Origin: a virus
Taxonomy: Duplodnaviria; Caudoviricetes
DNA length: 35,542 nucleotides
IMG/VR virus record: IMGVR_UViG_3300026534_000040
Coordinates: 1-35,542 of that record
Direction: 5' to 3' (one strand)
The position numbers were made by a program, and so were the translations under genes. The notes below the pieces were generated by a model. That model made no database searches, was not told the origin of the DNA, and worked only from the letters and a program-made list of their open reading frames with translations. Positions 26,670-35,405 of this stretch are shown one piece after another. How positions within the stretch are numbered: the stretch's first letter is position 1; every line of letters starts with the position of its first letter.

Positions 26670-26810
26670 TTATTTAAAAAATACTAATTGAAATCTCCAT
26701 AACCTTATTAATAGCCCCCATTTTGCAATTATAAACTTATACCATACTGGCTTAGAAGTAAATTGTCCATTTACCTGTGTTCCCCTTAAATAATAGGCAT
26801 ATATTTTCAT
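26670..26810 (-). CDS. 46-aa hypothetical protein (absent from track)
   Basis: ATG 26810 lies 2 nt after the upstream stop; MKIYAYYLRGTQVNGQFTSKPVWYKFIIAKWGLLIRLWRFQLVFFK. Confidence 0.5.
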   Translation of the reverse strand: MKIYAYYLRGTQVNGQFTSKPVWYKFIIAKWGLLIRLWRFQLVFFK

Positions 26811-26812
26811 AA

Positions 26813-27067
26813 CTATTCTTTTGTAAATTGATTGCATCTATCCACAAGCGTAACAAACTTATCACCCATTTCAGTATAACCAATTCCTTGGGCGGCTTCC
26901 TCCGAAATAGTTCCGGTAATTCTTCCCAAATCCAACTCAAATGCAAGTTTGCAACCTGCTTCCGAAATATCAGTGCTTTCGTCCTCATACAAGCTACACC
27001 TATGGCAGTTATTGAATTGCCATAAGTCTGCCTCCGTGCCGTTGCTAAATGGTATTAATTCTTTCAT
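26813..27067 (-). CDS. Cys-rich hypothetical protein
   Basis: FSNGTE...NCHRC...GC...C, probably metal-binding. Confidence 0.6.
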   Translation of the reverse strand: MKELIPFSNGTEADLWQFNNCHRCSLYEDESTDISEAGCKLAFELDLGRITGTISEEAAQGIGYTEMGDKFVTLVDRCNQFTKE

Positions 27068-27091
27068 ATTGCGAATTTTTTCAAGTTAGCA

Positions 27092-27457
27092 TTAATAATA
27101 ATAATACTCTACGCAAAACTCAAACTTATTGTTATTAAAATTAATAGGATTGTCTTTTTTGACAAAAGTTACAATTCTTTTCCCATTTACTGAACCGTCA
27201 TTAAAATAAATAATTTCTTCATTTAATCTATATTCAACAGACAATCTGTTGAAACGCCTTTTTCGTTCTTCTTCAATGTCTATTTCAATACCAAGTATTT
27301 CTTTTAATTTTTCTCGTATTATAGTTTCTTTTTTTTGTTGTAAATCTTTAATTATTTTATTTATAGTTTCTTCTATTAAATTATTAATATCAACATCGGC
27401 TGATAAATCATTGCCTAATTCGTTACTAAATTCTAATTTTTGTGCTTCTAATTTCAT
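27092..27457 (-). CDS. Hypothetical protein in an AT-rich cassette
   Basis: 121-aa ORF; its N-terminus overlaps an imperfect inverted repeat. Confidence 0.55.
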   Translation of the reverse strand: MKLEAQKLEFSNELGNDLSADVDINNLIEETINKIIKDLQQKKETIIREKLKEILGIEIDIEEERKRRFNRLSVEYRLNEEIIYFNDGSVNGKRIVTFVKKDNPINFNNNKFEFCVEYYYY

Positions 27458-27521
27458 TGTTTTTAATTTGAAAGTTTAAGCGTTTTAATCGGCAACGCTT
27501 CATAGCCGTAATCCGTTATGT

Positions 27522-27698
27522 TTATTTCAAATCAACGCCATTCGGAACAGGCAATGAATTATAAATAGCCCGCTTGGGCGTTGATCCGTTGTTAATTCTG
27601 TAACCAAGCAAAGGGTTTATGCCATAGTTCCACCAGTCATCCGGTAGTTTGCCTTTGGATAGCTCCTTTGCTTGCTTTTTACTCAATTTCTTTATCAT
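27522..27698 (-). CDS. 58-aa hypothetical protein (absent from track)
   Basis: ATGA overlap with the upstream gene; MIKKLSKKQAKELSKGKLPDDWWNYGINPLLGY... Confidence 0.6.
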   Translation of the reverse strand: MIKKLSKKQAKELSKGKLPDDWWNYGINPLLGYRINNGSTPKRAIYNSLPVPNGVDLK

Positions 27699-28126
27699 TT
27701 CCTTTTACTTATCATAAATTCCATAGCATTGATAATTCTGCTCAATTCCGCTTTGTTCATCTGTTTAAGCGGCTTCTGAACCGGACAACGTTTACTTTTT
27801 AGCCAGTTACTTAAATGGTGCAAGTCCACTACCTGTCCGTGTAGGTAATGATGCCGCACCCAACCCAGTTGATGGGCGAGCGACAGCACTTGCAATTGTT
27901 GCCTGTTAGTTTTTTCAAAAATCGCCCAATTCAAGTCCGTAAAGGTTCTGCCCCCCAAGCGGTGAATAAGTTCATTTGCCTGTTCAAAGGTCAAATCCTT
28001 TACGGACGTTTTTTGAGTAGAACCGGTAAAATCGGCAATCAAACTTCGCCATTCGTCCTCATACTTTTTAAGCCGTTCCGGGCGAATGGAGTAGATGTAT
28101 TTGATTTGGTCGGGGCGGATGCTCAT
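27695..28126 (-). CDS. GemA / Mu gp16-like protein
   Basis: TSVKDLTFEQANELI..L and KPLKQMNKAELSRIINAME. Confidence 0.65.
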   Translation of the reverse strand: MSIRPDQIKYIYSIRPERLKKYEDEWRSLIADFTGSTQKTSVKDLTFEQANELIHRLGGRTFTDLNWAIFEKTNRQQLQVLSLAHQLGWVRHHYLHGQVVDLHHLSNWLKSKRCPVQKPLKQMNKAELSRIINAMEFMISKRK

Positions 28127-28341
28127 TTTCTACTTGCATTTAACCGGTTTATCACTTGTTTACTCGCATCAATTTCATTTTCCGTATATACGGCATCCTG
28201 CCTTACCCAATCGTTAAGTCCGGTTCTGATAATATACTTACCATTAACCGTAATTACAGAATTACTGATAATTACAATATCAACATTTTGCTCCGGTGCA
28301 AATGTTTGGCTACCGGTTCTTTTGTCTGTTACGTTAATCAT
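28123..28341 (-). CDS. Hypothetical protein
   Basis: Coupled ORF in the early operon. Confidence 0.55.
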   Translation of the reverse strand: MINVTDKRTGSQTFAPEQNVDIVIISNSVITVNGKYIIRTGLNDWVRQDAVYTENEIDASKQVINRLNASRK

Positions 28342-28991
28342 TATTGGTCAATTTTAATAGATGAAAAGTTTAAATCTACGTTTTGATATTGCCCATTCTC
28401 ATCTTTAATCCACACACGGTAGTATGATCTACTTTCTTTTCTCATGATAGCTTTATTAACAAGATCCACACCTTCGCTAAACAAAGGATCATTAACTTTA
28501 TCCTTATAACTTATTGTTTCCAAAACTTTTTTTACATCAAGTTTTCCACGTTTGGTCTGAAAAGCGTTCATAACAAGCTCTTTTACCAATTCATTTTTTG
28601 AGCTGATATTATTATTAAGAAATTCATTAAACTTTTCTTTTGCAGCTTCAATCAATAAATCGTCAAACTCTATTGGCTCGTTTATGTTTACCTCTATCTT
28701 TACCGATTTGTCGAAATTAAACCAAGTATAATTGCCTTTTCGGTTAAGTTTTGGCTCCGTTCCGGTTTCTTTCATCACCGCATCATAGACCTCGTTGATT
28801 GCCTGTTTCACATAACTTTTTAACTCTTTTAGTTTTTCGTGCAATGTAATTGCCATTTTGGCTATTTTAGCACTTTTTCTCTCTTTTAGCTTTTCGCTGC
28901 GGCTGACTCTTGCGACAGGTATTTGATATCCGTTTTGATCTACCCAAACACTGTCTTTACTTTTGTTAATTCTAAATTTTAAATTGTTCAT
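28341..28991 (-). CDS. DUF3164-like transposable-phage protein
   Basis: KGNYTWFNFD..VKIE...FDD.L..AK...AF...G.LD..KV...SRSYYRVW. Confidence 0.75.
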   Translation of the reverse strand: MNNLKFRINKSKDSVWVDQNGYQIPVARVSRSEKLKERKSAKIAKMAITLHEKLKELKSYVKQAINEVYDAVMKETGTEPKLNRKGNYTWFNFDKSVKIEVNINEPIEFDDLLIEAAKEKFNEFLNNNISSKNELVKELVMNAFQTKRGKLDVKKVLETISYKDKVNDPLFSEGVDLVNKAIMRKESRSYYRVWIKDENGQYQNVDLNFSSIKIDQ

Positions 28992-29068
28992 AATATTCTT
29001 TTTTTTGTTTTAATGTTCTATATTCTTTTTGATATTTGGCTCGTAATTCCGGCTCCAACTCCGGCTGA

Positions 29069-29443
29069 CTAATTAAGATAGATTTGATTAGCTCTAATCT
29101 TTCCTCTATCTCTCGAATTTCTGACTTCAAGTCTATTGACCTGCTTTCTGATGTCATAGATTATTTTTTTATTGAATTTATCCATAAAGCTGTAAGCTAT
29201 ACTTCTATATAACTGTTTAGCCGTTGTTACCTTGATAGGAAGTCTGCTATTTAGAATGGTATTTTCAAACTTCATCAAGTTGTTTCGATATTGCTGTCTA
29301 AACCAAGCTTGTAAGGGCTTGCTGACAAGCATAAGCTGCAATTCAAGTAAATTACTTGCTCTCATCTTGCAATACAAGACAAAGTTGTCTTCGTACTCTT
29401 CTTGTAATTGCTGTACCGGAATAATGTTTTGTATTTTTATCAT
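29069..29443 (-). CDS. Hypothetical early protein
   Basis: ORF following the AAA ATPase; overlaps a 61-aa coiled-coil ORF at 28972-29157 that is probably also real. Confidence 0.55.
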   Translation of the reverse strand: MIKIQNIIPVQQLQEEYEDNFVLYCKMRASNLLELQLMLVSKPLQAWFRQQYRNNLMKFENTILNSRLPIKVTTAKQLYRSIAYSFMDKFNKKIIYDIRKQVNRLEVRNSRDRGKIRANQIYLN

Positions 29444-29448
29444 AGCTT

Positions 29449-30081
29449 TTAATTATTATCGTTATTATCTCCCCAATAAGTCTCTGCCCCTTCTTTCCAT
29501 ATAGTAATTGGCTCGCCGCCGCCATATCTTGAAGTTATAAAAGCTTTGTAACCTTCAACCCATATCTTTACATCGGCGTCAAAGCGAACTTTTTTTGCCA
29601 AATCGCCATCCGGTTCTTTGCCGGAAGCGTGGCTGATGAATATGATTAGCTTATTGGGTAATTTTGCTTTTAAATCAAAATAAGTTCGGCGGTTTAGGAA
29701 ACTATACTGCAAGCTATCAATGATTACTATATCTGGACTGCGGCGTTTTTGTAAACGCTCAACCAGTGCTTTCATAGGCTCACGGTTAAGGATGACAAAT
29801 TGCCCGGGCTTTATATCAAAATTACTCGCCTGTATGGCACGTTGAAAGCTAAACCTCGCTCCTTCTTCCAACGTATCATAAGCAACCTTGCCAAATTGGG
29901 CTAAATAAGCGGCAAGCATCAATGAAAATCGGGTTTTTCCATTTCCGGAATTTCCCCAGATCAACCAAACGCCGTTCGCTTCCGGAATGCCTATTGCACC
30001 CTTCCATTTGCCCTCAAATGGCAAAGTTTTAAACTTCTTGCGTAGCAATTGACCAACCGATATGGCTCGTTTATCTGTCAT
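29449..30081 (-). CDS. RecA/Sms-like P-loop ATPase
   Basis: WGNSGNGKT, LEEG, VIIDSLQY, IFISHA. Confidence 0.8.
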   Translation of the reverse strand: MTDKRAISVGQLLRKKFKTLPFEGKWKGAIGIPEANGVWLIWGNSGNGKTRFSLMLAAYLAQFGKVAYDTLEEGARFSFQRAIQASNFDIKPGQFVILNREPMKALVERLQKRRSPDIVIIDSLQYSFLNRRTYFDLKAKLPNKLIIFISHASGKEPDGDLAKKVRFDADVKIWVEGYKAFITSRYGGGEPITIWKEGAETYWGDNNDNN

Positions 30082-30943
30082 TTAAGTGCTTTTTAAATTC
30101 TATAAATACACGTCTTAAACTGCCACCTGTTTTGGCATATAGTTTGGGTAAACTGCCGTTTAATCCGTTGGCTTTGGCAACCAACGTCATTTGCTGTTTT
30201 TTGAAATTTTGAAGGTCTTCTCTGCCAAGCGGGGTTACACGCTTAAATCCGTCGCCAAATCGTGAAAATATTTCGCTGTAACCTACTTTCTTTCTATCCT
30301 TGCCACGCTCTATCTTTACTCGCAAACCATCGGCTCCCATCATATAATATGATGCCGCTTGCTCGGTAGCGTTCCACAGGGCTTTAAGCTCCAAAAATGC
30401 GGGATAGTCCAAATCACCGGCTTCGTCTAAAATGATAAGCGGATTTTCAATGCTTCGCAAGTAATATACAAGGTCGGCATATACATCGGCATAGCGTCCG
30501 GTATTGTCCACTCCAAATTCTTGGGCTATCTTGCGGATAAGCTTTTGTTTACTCTTTACCTGCGAGCAGTCAATATACACGGCGTTTTTGTTGCTACGCA
30601 CGTAGTATTTTGCCGTGAATGTTTTACCTATGTCAGGTAGATCACATAATACGGCGGATACATTATTGCTTTGGCAAAAAGCCAGCTGATTACTGATGTA
30701 TTCAAATGCCGGCGTTTTAGCAATGTTCCATTTCGGCTGATTGCCGGTTTGAACGTTTAACCTCCGTGCAATACTTATCCAATTGCTATCGGATAATACA
30801 CGGTCAAGCTGTCCTTTTTTAATCCTCGACAGCTGGGCAGAGCTGATACCCAAAGCTCGTGCCTGTTTGGCGGCACTTGGGTATTTGTTTGCATCTTGCT
30901 TAATTGCGTCTAATACTTTTTGTTTAAATTCTTGGTTTATCAT
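30071..30943 (-). CDS. MuB-like transposition ATPase with N-terminal HTH
   Basis: ARALGISSAQLSRIK HTH, DIGKT Walker A, IILDEA Walker B; adjacent to the transposase. Confidence 0.88.
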   Translation of the reverse strand: MINQEFKQKVLDAIKQDANKYPSAAKQARALGISSAQLSRIKKGQLDRVLSDSNWISIARRLNVQTGNQPKWNIAKTPAFEYISNQLAFCQSNNVSAVLCDLPDIGKTFTAKYYVRSNKNAVYIDCSQVKSKQKLIRKIAQEFGVDNTGRYADVYADLVYYLRSIENPLIILDEAGDLDYPAFLELKALWNATEQAASYYMMGADGLRVKIERGKDRKKVGYSEIFSRFGDGFKRVTPLGREDLQNFKKQQMTLVAKANGLNGSLPKLYAKTGGSLRRVFIEFKKHLNDR

Positions 30944-30960
30944 AGTTATATATTTAGTGA

Positions 30961-32943
30961 TTATAATTCTTCAAGGGCTCGTTTGGCGTAGTCATTGGTA
31001 ACCGTTGCTTGCCAGTCGTCATTTTCAGGAATAACTTCGCTAACTATTTCCGGGTCATCGGCGTATTGTTCCGGCTCATTGCGTATAATTTCCACACGTG
31101 TGGTTTTTTGTTTCTTGTCTTTTATACGCTTGTCATACTGTGCCACATAACTTGCCTGCTTGGTATAATTTTCTTTGTCTGTGGCTTCCCATTCTGCATT
31201 AGCCGTATTGTAGTATGGCATTGCTACGGCAGTGCCGACAAATGTTCCGTTTTGATATAAGTATAGCTCCGATACATCGCCGTTAGCATCCGGCATATAG
31301 TAGGCAACTACATTGGTATTGCCATAAGCCAAATTGTCAAGCATACTCACATCCGAAAGCATCCATTTTTCGTTCAATGCTTTGATGTATGAATTACGGC
31401 GGATGCTGGTAGTGATTTTTTTGCCTGCATAAAGCGCCAAAATATGTGCCGGAAATTTGGGTAATTTCGGGTTTACATTTTCAAGCAATACTTGTAGTCT
31501 GGTTTTGCCTGGGAAACGCTCTTGGTCAGGATGCAACTCATTATTATATAGTTGTATATCTTCCAAGTCCCAAGCAACAATTTGTTCATAAGTGGCTTTA
31601 CGCTCCTTGTAGTTATTGTTTTCCTCGTCAAAAATCTTTTGTTGCGTGATTTTGTTTTTTTCGTTTTTGGCATAGTGTCGCCCAACGGCTATATGACGCA
31701 TCTTTTCAATTCCGTATTTTTTCAACCGCACACCTGTTTCCGCCCACTTCTCTTGCGAGTTGGTAGGATTAGCCCAGCGGGTAAATGGGAACATTGTCAT
31801 AAGCGTATCTTTGAACTTATTTACCAAGTGGTGTTCAACTTCCGCCTGCATTGGTATGCCTAATCCATAATTGTTCAAAAAGCGATACATAGAGGCAATG
31901 GCGTCAATAAATAATCGCTCATCTTTCTTTTTGCTATGTGCCTGACCAATGATAGCAGTAGATTGCGTGTCAAAAACATAATAAGCCATTACACGCTCGC
32001 CTTTGTTTGTCTTTGTGTGCATAATATCACGGTCATCAAGCGAAATCTTACTTAAACTATACTTGGCGGGCTTGCGGTGATGGTGCGGACGGTGATGGTG
32101 TGAGTAATGATATGATCCGTCACGCAACGCACTTATCAGATCTCGATTTTCATTGATGATATTCCAAACGGTTCCCTGCGAAATTTCTACATAATCCGGG
32201 TCAGTATGGTCAAATACTTCACCGGTTCGTTTATCAACTACCGTAAGGTTACCTTTGCAAAATTGCTCATACAAACCGTGCACCACATTATCATAAGGTT
32301 TGGTTTGCATTGTAGCAATGTTTATTATAATATTATCAAGTTTTTCGTTTCGTTTCAGTGCCGCTTTGTTTCCACGGTTCCCGTGCAGCAATACCGGATA
32401 ACCGTTATCTTTATACTCTTTTGCTTTCTTACGTAAAGCATCTTTTGACTTTGGCAGACTGTGCGGGTAGAGTTTTTTATCCAAATTATTGACTTCGGCA
32501 GATATGCTTTCCCAAATATTAGTGGTTTCGCCCCCAAGTTTACGGCGGAATTGTCGGCGGTTCTTATAAAGCTCAATGCAGGCATTCAGAACTTCGGCAT
32601 TGGCTACAAGTGTCGGCAGTTTTTTATCCACGTTTTTATCGTGGATGAGTTGCTCCGCAAAATACATCCTTGCCGATGCGTCCGGTGTGATGAAACGCAT
32701 CAGGTAGTTACTCACTACCTTTTTATATGGGTCACCAACCAACGCATATATTTTGTCTTTGATACGATGTGGCATCGTATCATAATCTATCAGCGAAGGA
32801 TTATCGGCGCCTCCGCCACGTTTAACCACTTGGAATTTTTTTTGCTTTATATAGTAGTCATAGCTATACTCACTCATTAGTTCGCTTTTTAGCCATTTGC
32901 TACTCACACATAGTTTATTATTATAATAGGTAAAATCTGCCAT
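30961..32943 (-). CDS. MuA-like DDE transposase (660 aa)
   Basis: ISLDDRD...YYVFD...EVEHHL...NSQEKWAE core, YNNELH; upstream of the MuB-like gene. Confidence 0.88.
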   Translation of the reverse strand: MADFTYYNNKLCVSSKWLKSELMSEYSYDYYIKQKKFQVVKRGGGADNPSLIDYDTMPHRIKDKIYALVGDPYKKVVSNYLMRFITPDASARMYFAEQLIHDKNVDKKLPTLVANAEVLNACIELYKNRRQFRRKLGGETTNIWESISAEVNNLDKKLYPHSLPKSKDALRKKAKEYKDNGYPVLLHGNRGNKAALKRNEKLDNIIINIATMQTKPYDNVVHGLYEQFCKGNLTVVDKRTGEVFDHTDPDYVEISQGTVWNIINENRDLISALRDGSYHYSHHHRPHHHRKPAKYSLSKISLDDRDIMHTKTNKGERVMAYYVFDTQSTAIIGQAHSKKKDERLFIDAIASMYRFLNNYGLGIPMQAEVEHHLVNKFKDTLMTMFPFTRWANPTNSQEKWAETGVRLKKYGIEKMRHIAVGRHYAKNEKNKITQQKIFDEENNNYKERKATYEQIVAWDLEDIQLYNNELHPDQERFPGKTRLQVLLENVNPKLPKFPAHILALYAGKKITTSIRRNSYIKALNEKWMLSDVSMLDNLAYGNTNVVAYYMPDANGDVSELYLYQNGTFVGTAVAMPYYNTANAEWEATDKENYTKQASYVAQYDKRIKDKKQKTTRVEIIRNEPEQYADDPEIVSEVIPENDDWQATVTNDYAKRALEEL

Positions 32944-32963
32944 AAGATTTTGTTTTGTTTTTA

Positions 32964-33005
32964 GCTCCCGCCGAGGGCTTGAACCTCGGTGCCTGCCGGT
33001 CGGGA
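32964..33005 (-). other. Mini tRNA-like element (T-arm plus acceptor-like stem) upstream of the transposase
   Basis: TCCCG...CCGAGG-TTCAAGC-CCTCGG-CGGGA. Confidence 0.5.
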
Positions 33006-33051
33006 TAAAATCACTAAATTTGCTTTGTCTAACTTTAAAATTTTAGTGATT

Positions 33052-33342
33052 ATGAATGATTTAAAAAAGCAGTTTAGCTTTGAGTTTGAAATACAAATTG
33101 ATGCGTATTTGCCCATCGATGAGCGAAAGCAAGTCCACGCAAAGCTGATGGACTTATGCGAAATAGTAAAACAGCCGGTAAAAATAGCGGACGAAAACTT
33201 TGGCGTATATCTTGTTTCGCTTCCGGGTCCAAATGACAAACCCGCTTTGTTTGCACATACAATAAATGCTTTACAAGCTTTTTGTCATATTTACGATGCC
33301 GGCTGTCGCCTTGTAACATTTTTAAATAGTCCGGAGCATTAA
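33052..33342 (+). CDS. Accessory protein (96 aa) antisense to the early operon, with its own promoter element
   Basis: TAAATTTG at 33015-33022; AATCACTAAA/TTTAGTGATT inverted repeat; ATG 33052. Confidence 0.55.
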   Translation: MNDLKKQFSFEFEIQIDAYLPIDERKQVHAKLMDLCEIVKQPVKIADENFGVYLVSLPGPNDKPALFAHTINALQAFCHIYDAGCRLVTFLNSPEH

Positions 33343-33381
33343 GCTCAATTCTTTGTTTAGTCATAGTATTAATTTTTAGTA

Positions 33382-33576
33382 TTAGTCTTTAATTTTTTCT
33401 ACTTCACGTTGTAGTAGCTCTTTTGCGCGTCTGCGGATGGCTTTTGCATTATCCGAATTAGATAAATGATAAAGTGCATTACGAACTGCCTGCTGGCTAA
33501 CGCCAAATTCGTCGGCTAAACCCGGCACCCACTTATTAGGGATATTAATTTTTACGAACGTGTCATTATTTTTCAT
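33382..33576 (-). CDS. Ner/Cro-like HTH protein
   Basis: LADEFGVSQQAVRNAL...AKAIRRRAKE; divergent from the repressor. Confidence 0.8.
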   Translation of the reverse strand: MKNNDTFVKINIPNKWVPGLADEFGVSQQAVRNALYHLSNSDNAKAIRRRAKELLQREVEKIKD

Positions 33577-33606
33577 AAGTTTGTTTTTTAAATATGTTTA
33601 ACACAG

Positions 33607-33659
33607 CAAAGATATACAGAAAATCTGTAAATAAAAAATTTTTTTACAGAAAATATGAA
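33607..33659. promoter_or_regulatory. Early promoter -7 element and repressor operators
   Basis: Minus-strand TATCTTTG (33614-33607); palindrome TACAGA-AAA-TCTGTA 33615-33629; variant TACAGAAAATATGAA 33645-33659. Confidence 0.72.
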
Positions 33660-33678
33660 TTTTTTTAAAGAAACTATT

Positions 33679-34398
33679 ATGGAAAATGAAATAGACAGGT
33701 TTGAAAAAGCTGTAAACTACCTTATAAATAAAGGGATTGTTAAAAATAAAAGCCAAATGGCAAGAGAGTTTGATATATCTCCTTCAAAGTTTACAGAAAT
33801 TATGAAAAGAAGGATGCGACCGGGCTTTAATCTTTTTAATATTCTAAACGAAAAGTTCAATTTTAATCCATATTGGTTGCTTTCCGGTGTTGGACCTATG
33901 TTTAAAACCGAAACAAACACAACAGAAGTTCAAGAACCTGTCGCTGTTTATCCGTTACGCACGGATAAAAAGGAGCCTGTTCAGGATATACCATTATATG
34001 ATATACAAGCAACTGCGGGGCTGGTTTCGTTGCTTGACAATGGCAAAAACATCCCAATTGATACCATACGCATACCTAATCTGCCAAAAGCGGACGGTGC
34101 CATTTATGTTACAGGAGATAGTATGTATCCGCTGCTAAAAAGTGGAGACATTATAATATATAAGCAAATCAAAGATATACCTAATGAGATATTTTGGGGC
34201 GAAATGTATATCATCAGTATGCAAGTAGCCGGTGAGGAATATGTTACTGTAAAATACGTGCAAAAATCGGATCTCGGGGATATGTTTATAAAACTTGTCA
34301 GCCAGAACCAGCATCATCAGCCAAAGGATTATCCGTTAAAAAAGGTTAATGCTATGGCTTTGGTAAAAGCAAGTATAAGATTTAATACAATGAAATAA
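33679..34398 (+). CDS. CI/LexA-like repressor (HTH plus S24 peptidase)
   Basis: N-terminal HTH, FNPYWLLSGVGPM, ATAG cleavage site, GDSMYP serine, VKYV lysine; likely start ATG 33679. Confidence 0.9.
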   Translation: MENEIDRFEKAVNYLINKGIVKNKSQMAREFDISPSKFTEIMKRRMRPGFNLFNILNEKFNFNPYWLLSGVGPMFKTETNTTEVQEPVAVYPLRTDKKEPVQDIPLYDIQATAGLVSLLDNGKNIPIDTIRIPNLPKADGAIYVTGDSMYPLLKSGDIIIYKQIKDIPNEIFWGEMYIISMQVAGEEYVTVKYVQKSDLGDMFIKLVSQNQHHQPKDYPLKKVNAMALVKASIRFNTMK

Positions 34399-34420
34399 TA
34401 ACCAATAAAAATTATATACT

Positions 34421-34798
34421 ATGGGACTATTCAACAAAATTTTAGGAAACGCATCAGAGGTATCATCTGAAAAGCTACAAGAGAAATACGGAAAAGTATT
34501 AATCACCGGTGAGCAGATAGAGCTCGGCTTTAAACTAATGAGAGATGTCTTTATGTTTACAAACAAAAGACTTATTTTAATAGATCACCAGGGCTTCTCC
34601 GGAAAGAAAACAGAAGTATTATCTCTACCATACAAAAGCATATCAAGGTTTAGCTTGGAAAGTGCCGGAACATTAGACCTGGACGCTGAGCTAAAAATCT
34701 GGATATCCTCTGAAAACTCACCTACGGTATCCAAAAAGTTTAATAAGACAATAGATATTTACGAGGTTCAAAAGTTTTTAGCCGAAAAAGTGCTATAA
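34421..34798 (+). CDS. Bacterial PH-domain protein (YvbH/bPH_1-like)
   Basis: MGLF..ILGNAS...RDVFMFTNKRLILIDHQG.SGKK...LPYKSI.RFS.E.AG..DLDAELKIWIS. Confidence 0.88.
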   Translation: MGLFNKILGNASEVSSEKLQEKYGKVLITGEQIELGFKLMRDVFMFTNKRLILIDHQGFSGKKTEVLSLPYKSISRFSLESAGTLDLDAELKIWISSENSPTVSKKFNKTIDIYEVQKFLAEKVL

Positions 34799-35026
34799 AA
34801 CGCCTTAAAACAAATTGACCGCAATACATTGCGGGTATTTTTGGCGTTTTTTATGATATTTATTTGTATATCAATGTTTTAAGCCTATTTTTAAGCGGCA
34901 GATAACCCCCTTTTAAACTACTTAAAAGCGTGGCGAGAACCCCTATATTTTTACGTATTTCTTTACGTATAAGGCTATTTTTTGGAAGTAAGTATATATT
35001 TTCAAGTATGTTTTTACGCTAAAAAC

Positions 35027-35058
35027 TACGGAAAAAACTACGGAAATGTTTACGGAAA
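35027..35058 (+). repeat. Three TACGGAAA direct repeats with 12-bp period
   Basis: Copies at 35027, 35039 and 35051. Confidence 0.75.
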
Positions 35059-35298
35059 AGTGTATTTTGTTAGTCATTTTAAGGATGTTTTCTTGTGTGT
35101 TTAAAAGGCGTTTTTTTGCTGTTTCAATAGCCTTTTTTCTGGCGTCGGCAAAAAGGTCATAAAAAGATAAAAGCCCTGTATTTACAAGGCTAAATAGTGT
35201 TTTTTGTATGTTTTTATGTTTGAAATAGTGCTTTTGTATAGCCGGTTGTATTAACTACCTAAATGAAATTGTATTTTTTCTTTAAAAAGCAGTGGTTC

Positions 35299-35405
35299 GT
35301 GGTCAATTTGTTTTTTGGAGAGTTTTTGTAAAATTTGCCGTAACTCTTTTATTTATAAGGCATTTCGGCGTTTTTTAAAAAAATTGTTTTTGGTTGTTTT
35401 GTTTT
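35299..35405 (-). repeat. End repeats at the repressor-proximal terminus
   Basis: Reverse-complement AAAAAACAAATTGACCAC (35299-35316) and degenerate AAAACAAAACAACCA (35391-35405); another copy on + at 34807-34820. Confidence 0.75.

Noticed and set aside
26752-26988. 78-aa minus-strand ORF
   Set aside because: Overlaps the better-supported 26813-27067 and 26670-26810 ORFs in another frame.
32964-33005. Functional tRNA gene or tRNA-derived att site
   Set aside because: No D or anticodon arms and no CCA; the phage has no integrase and the element is internal.
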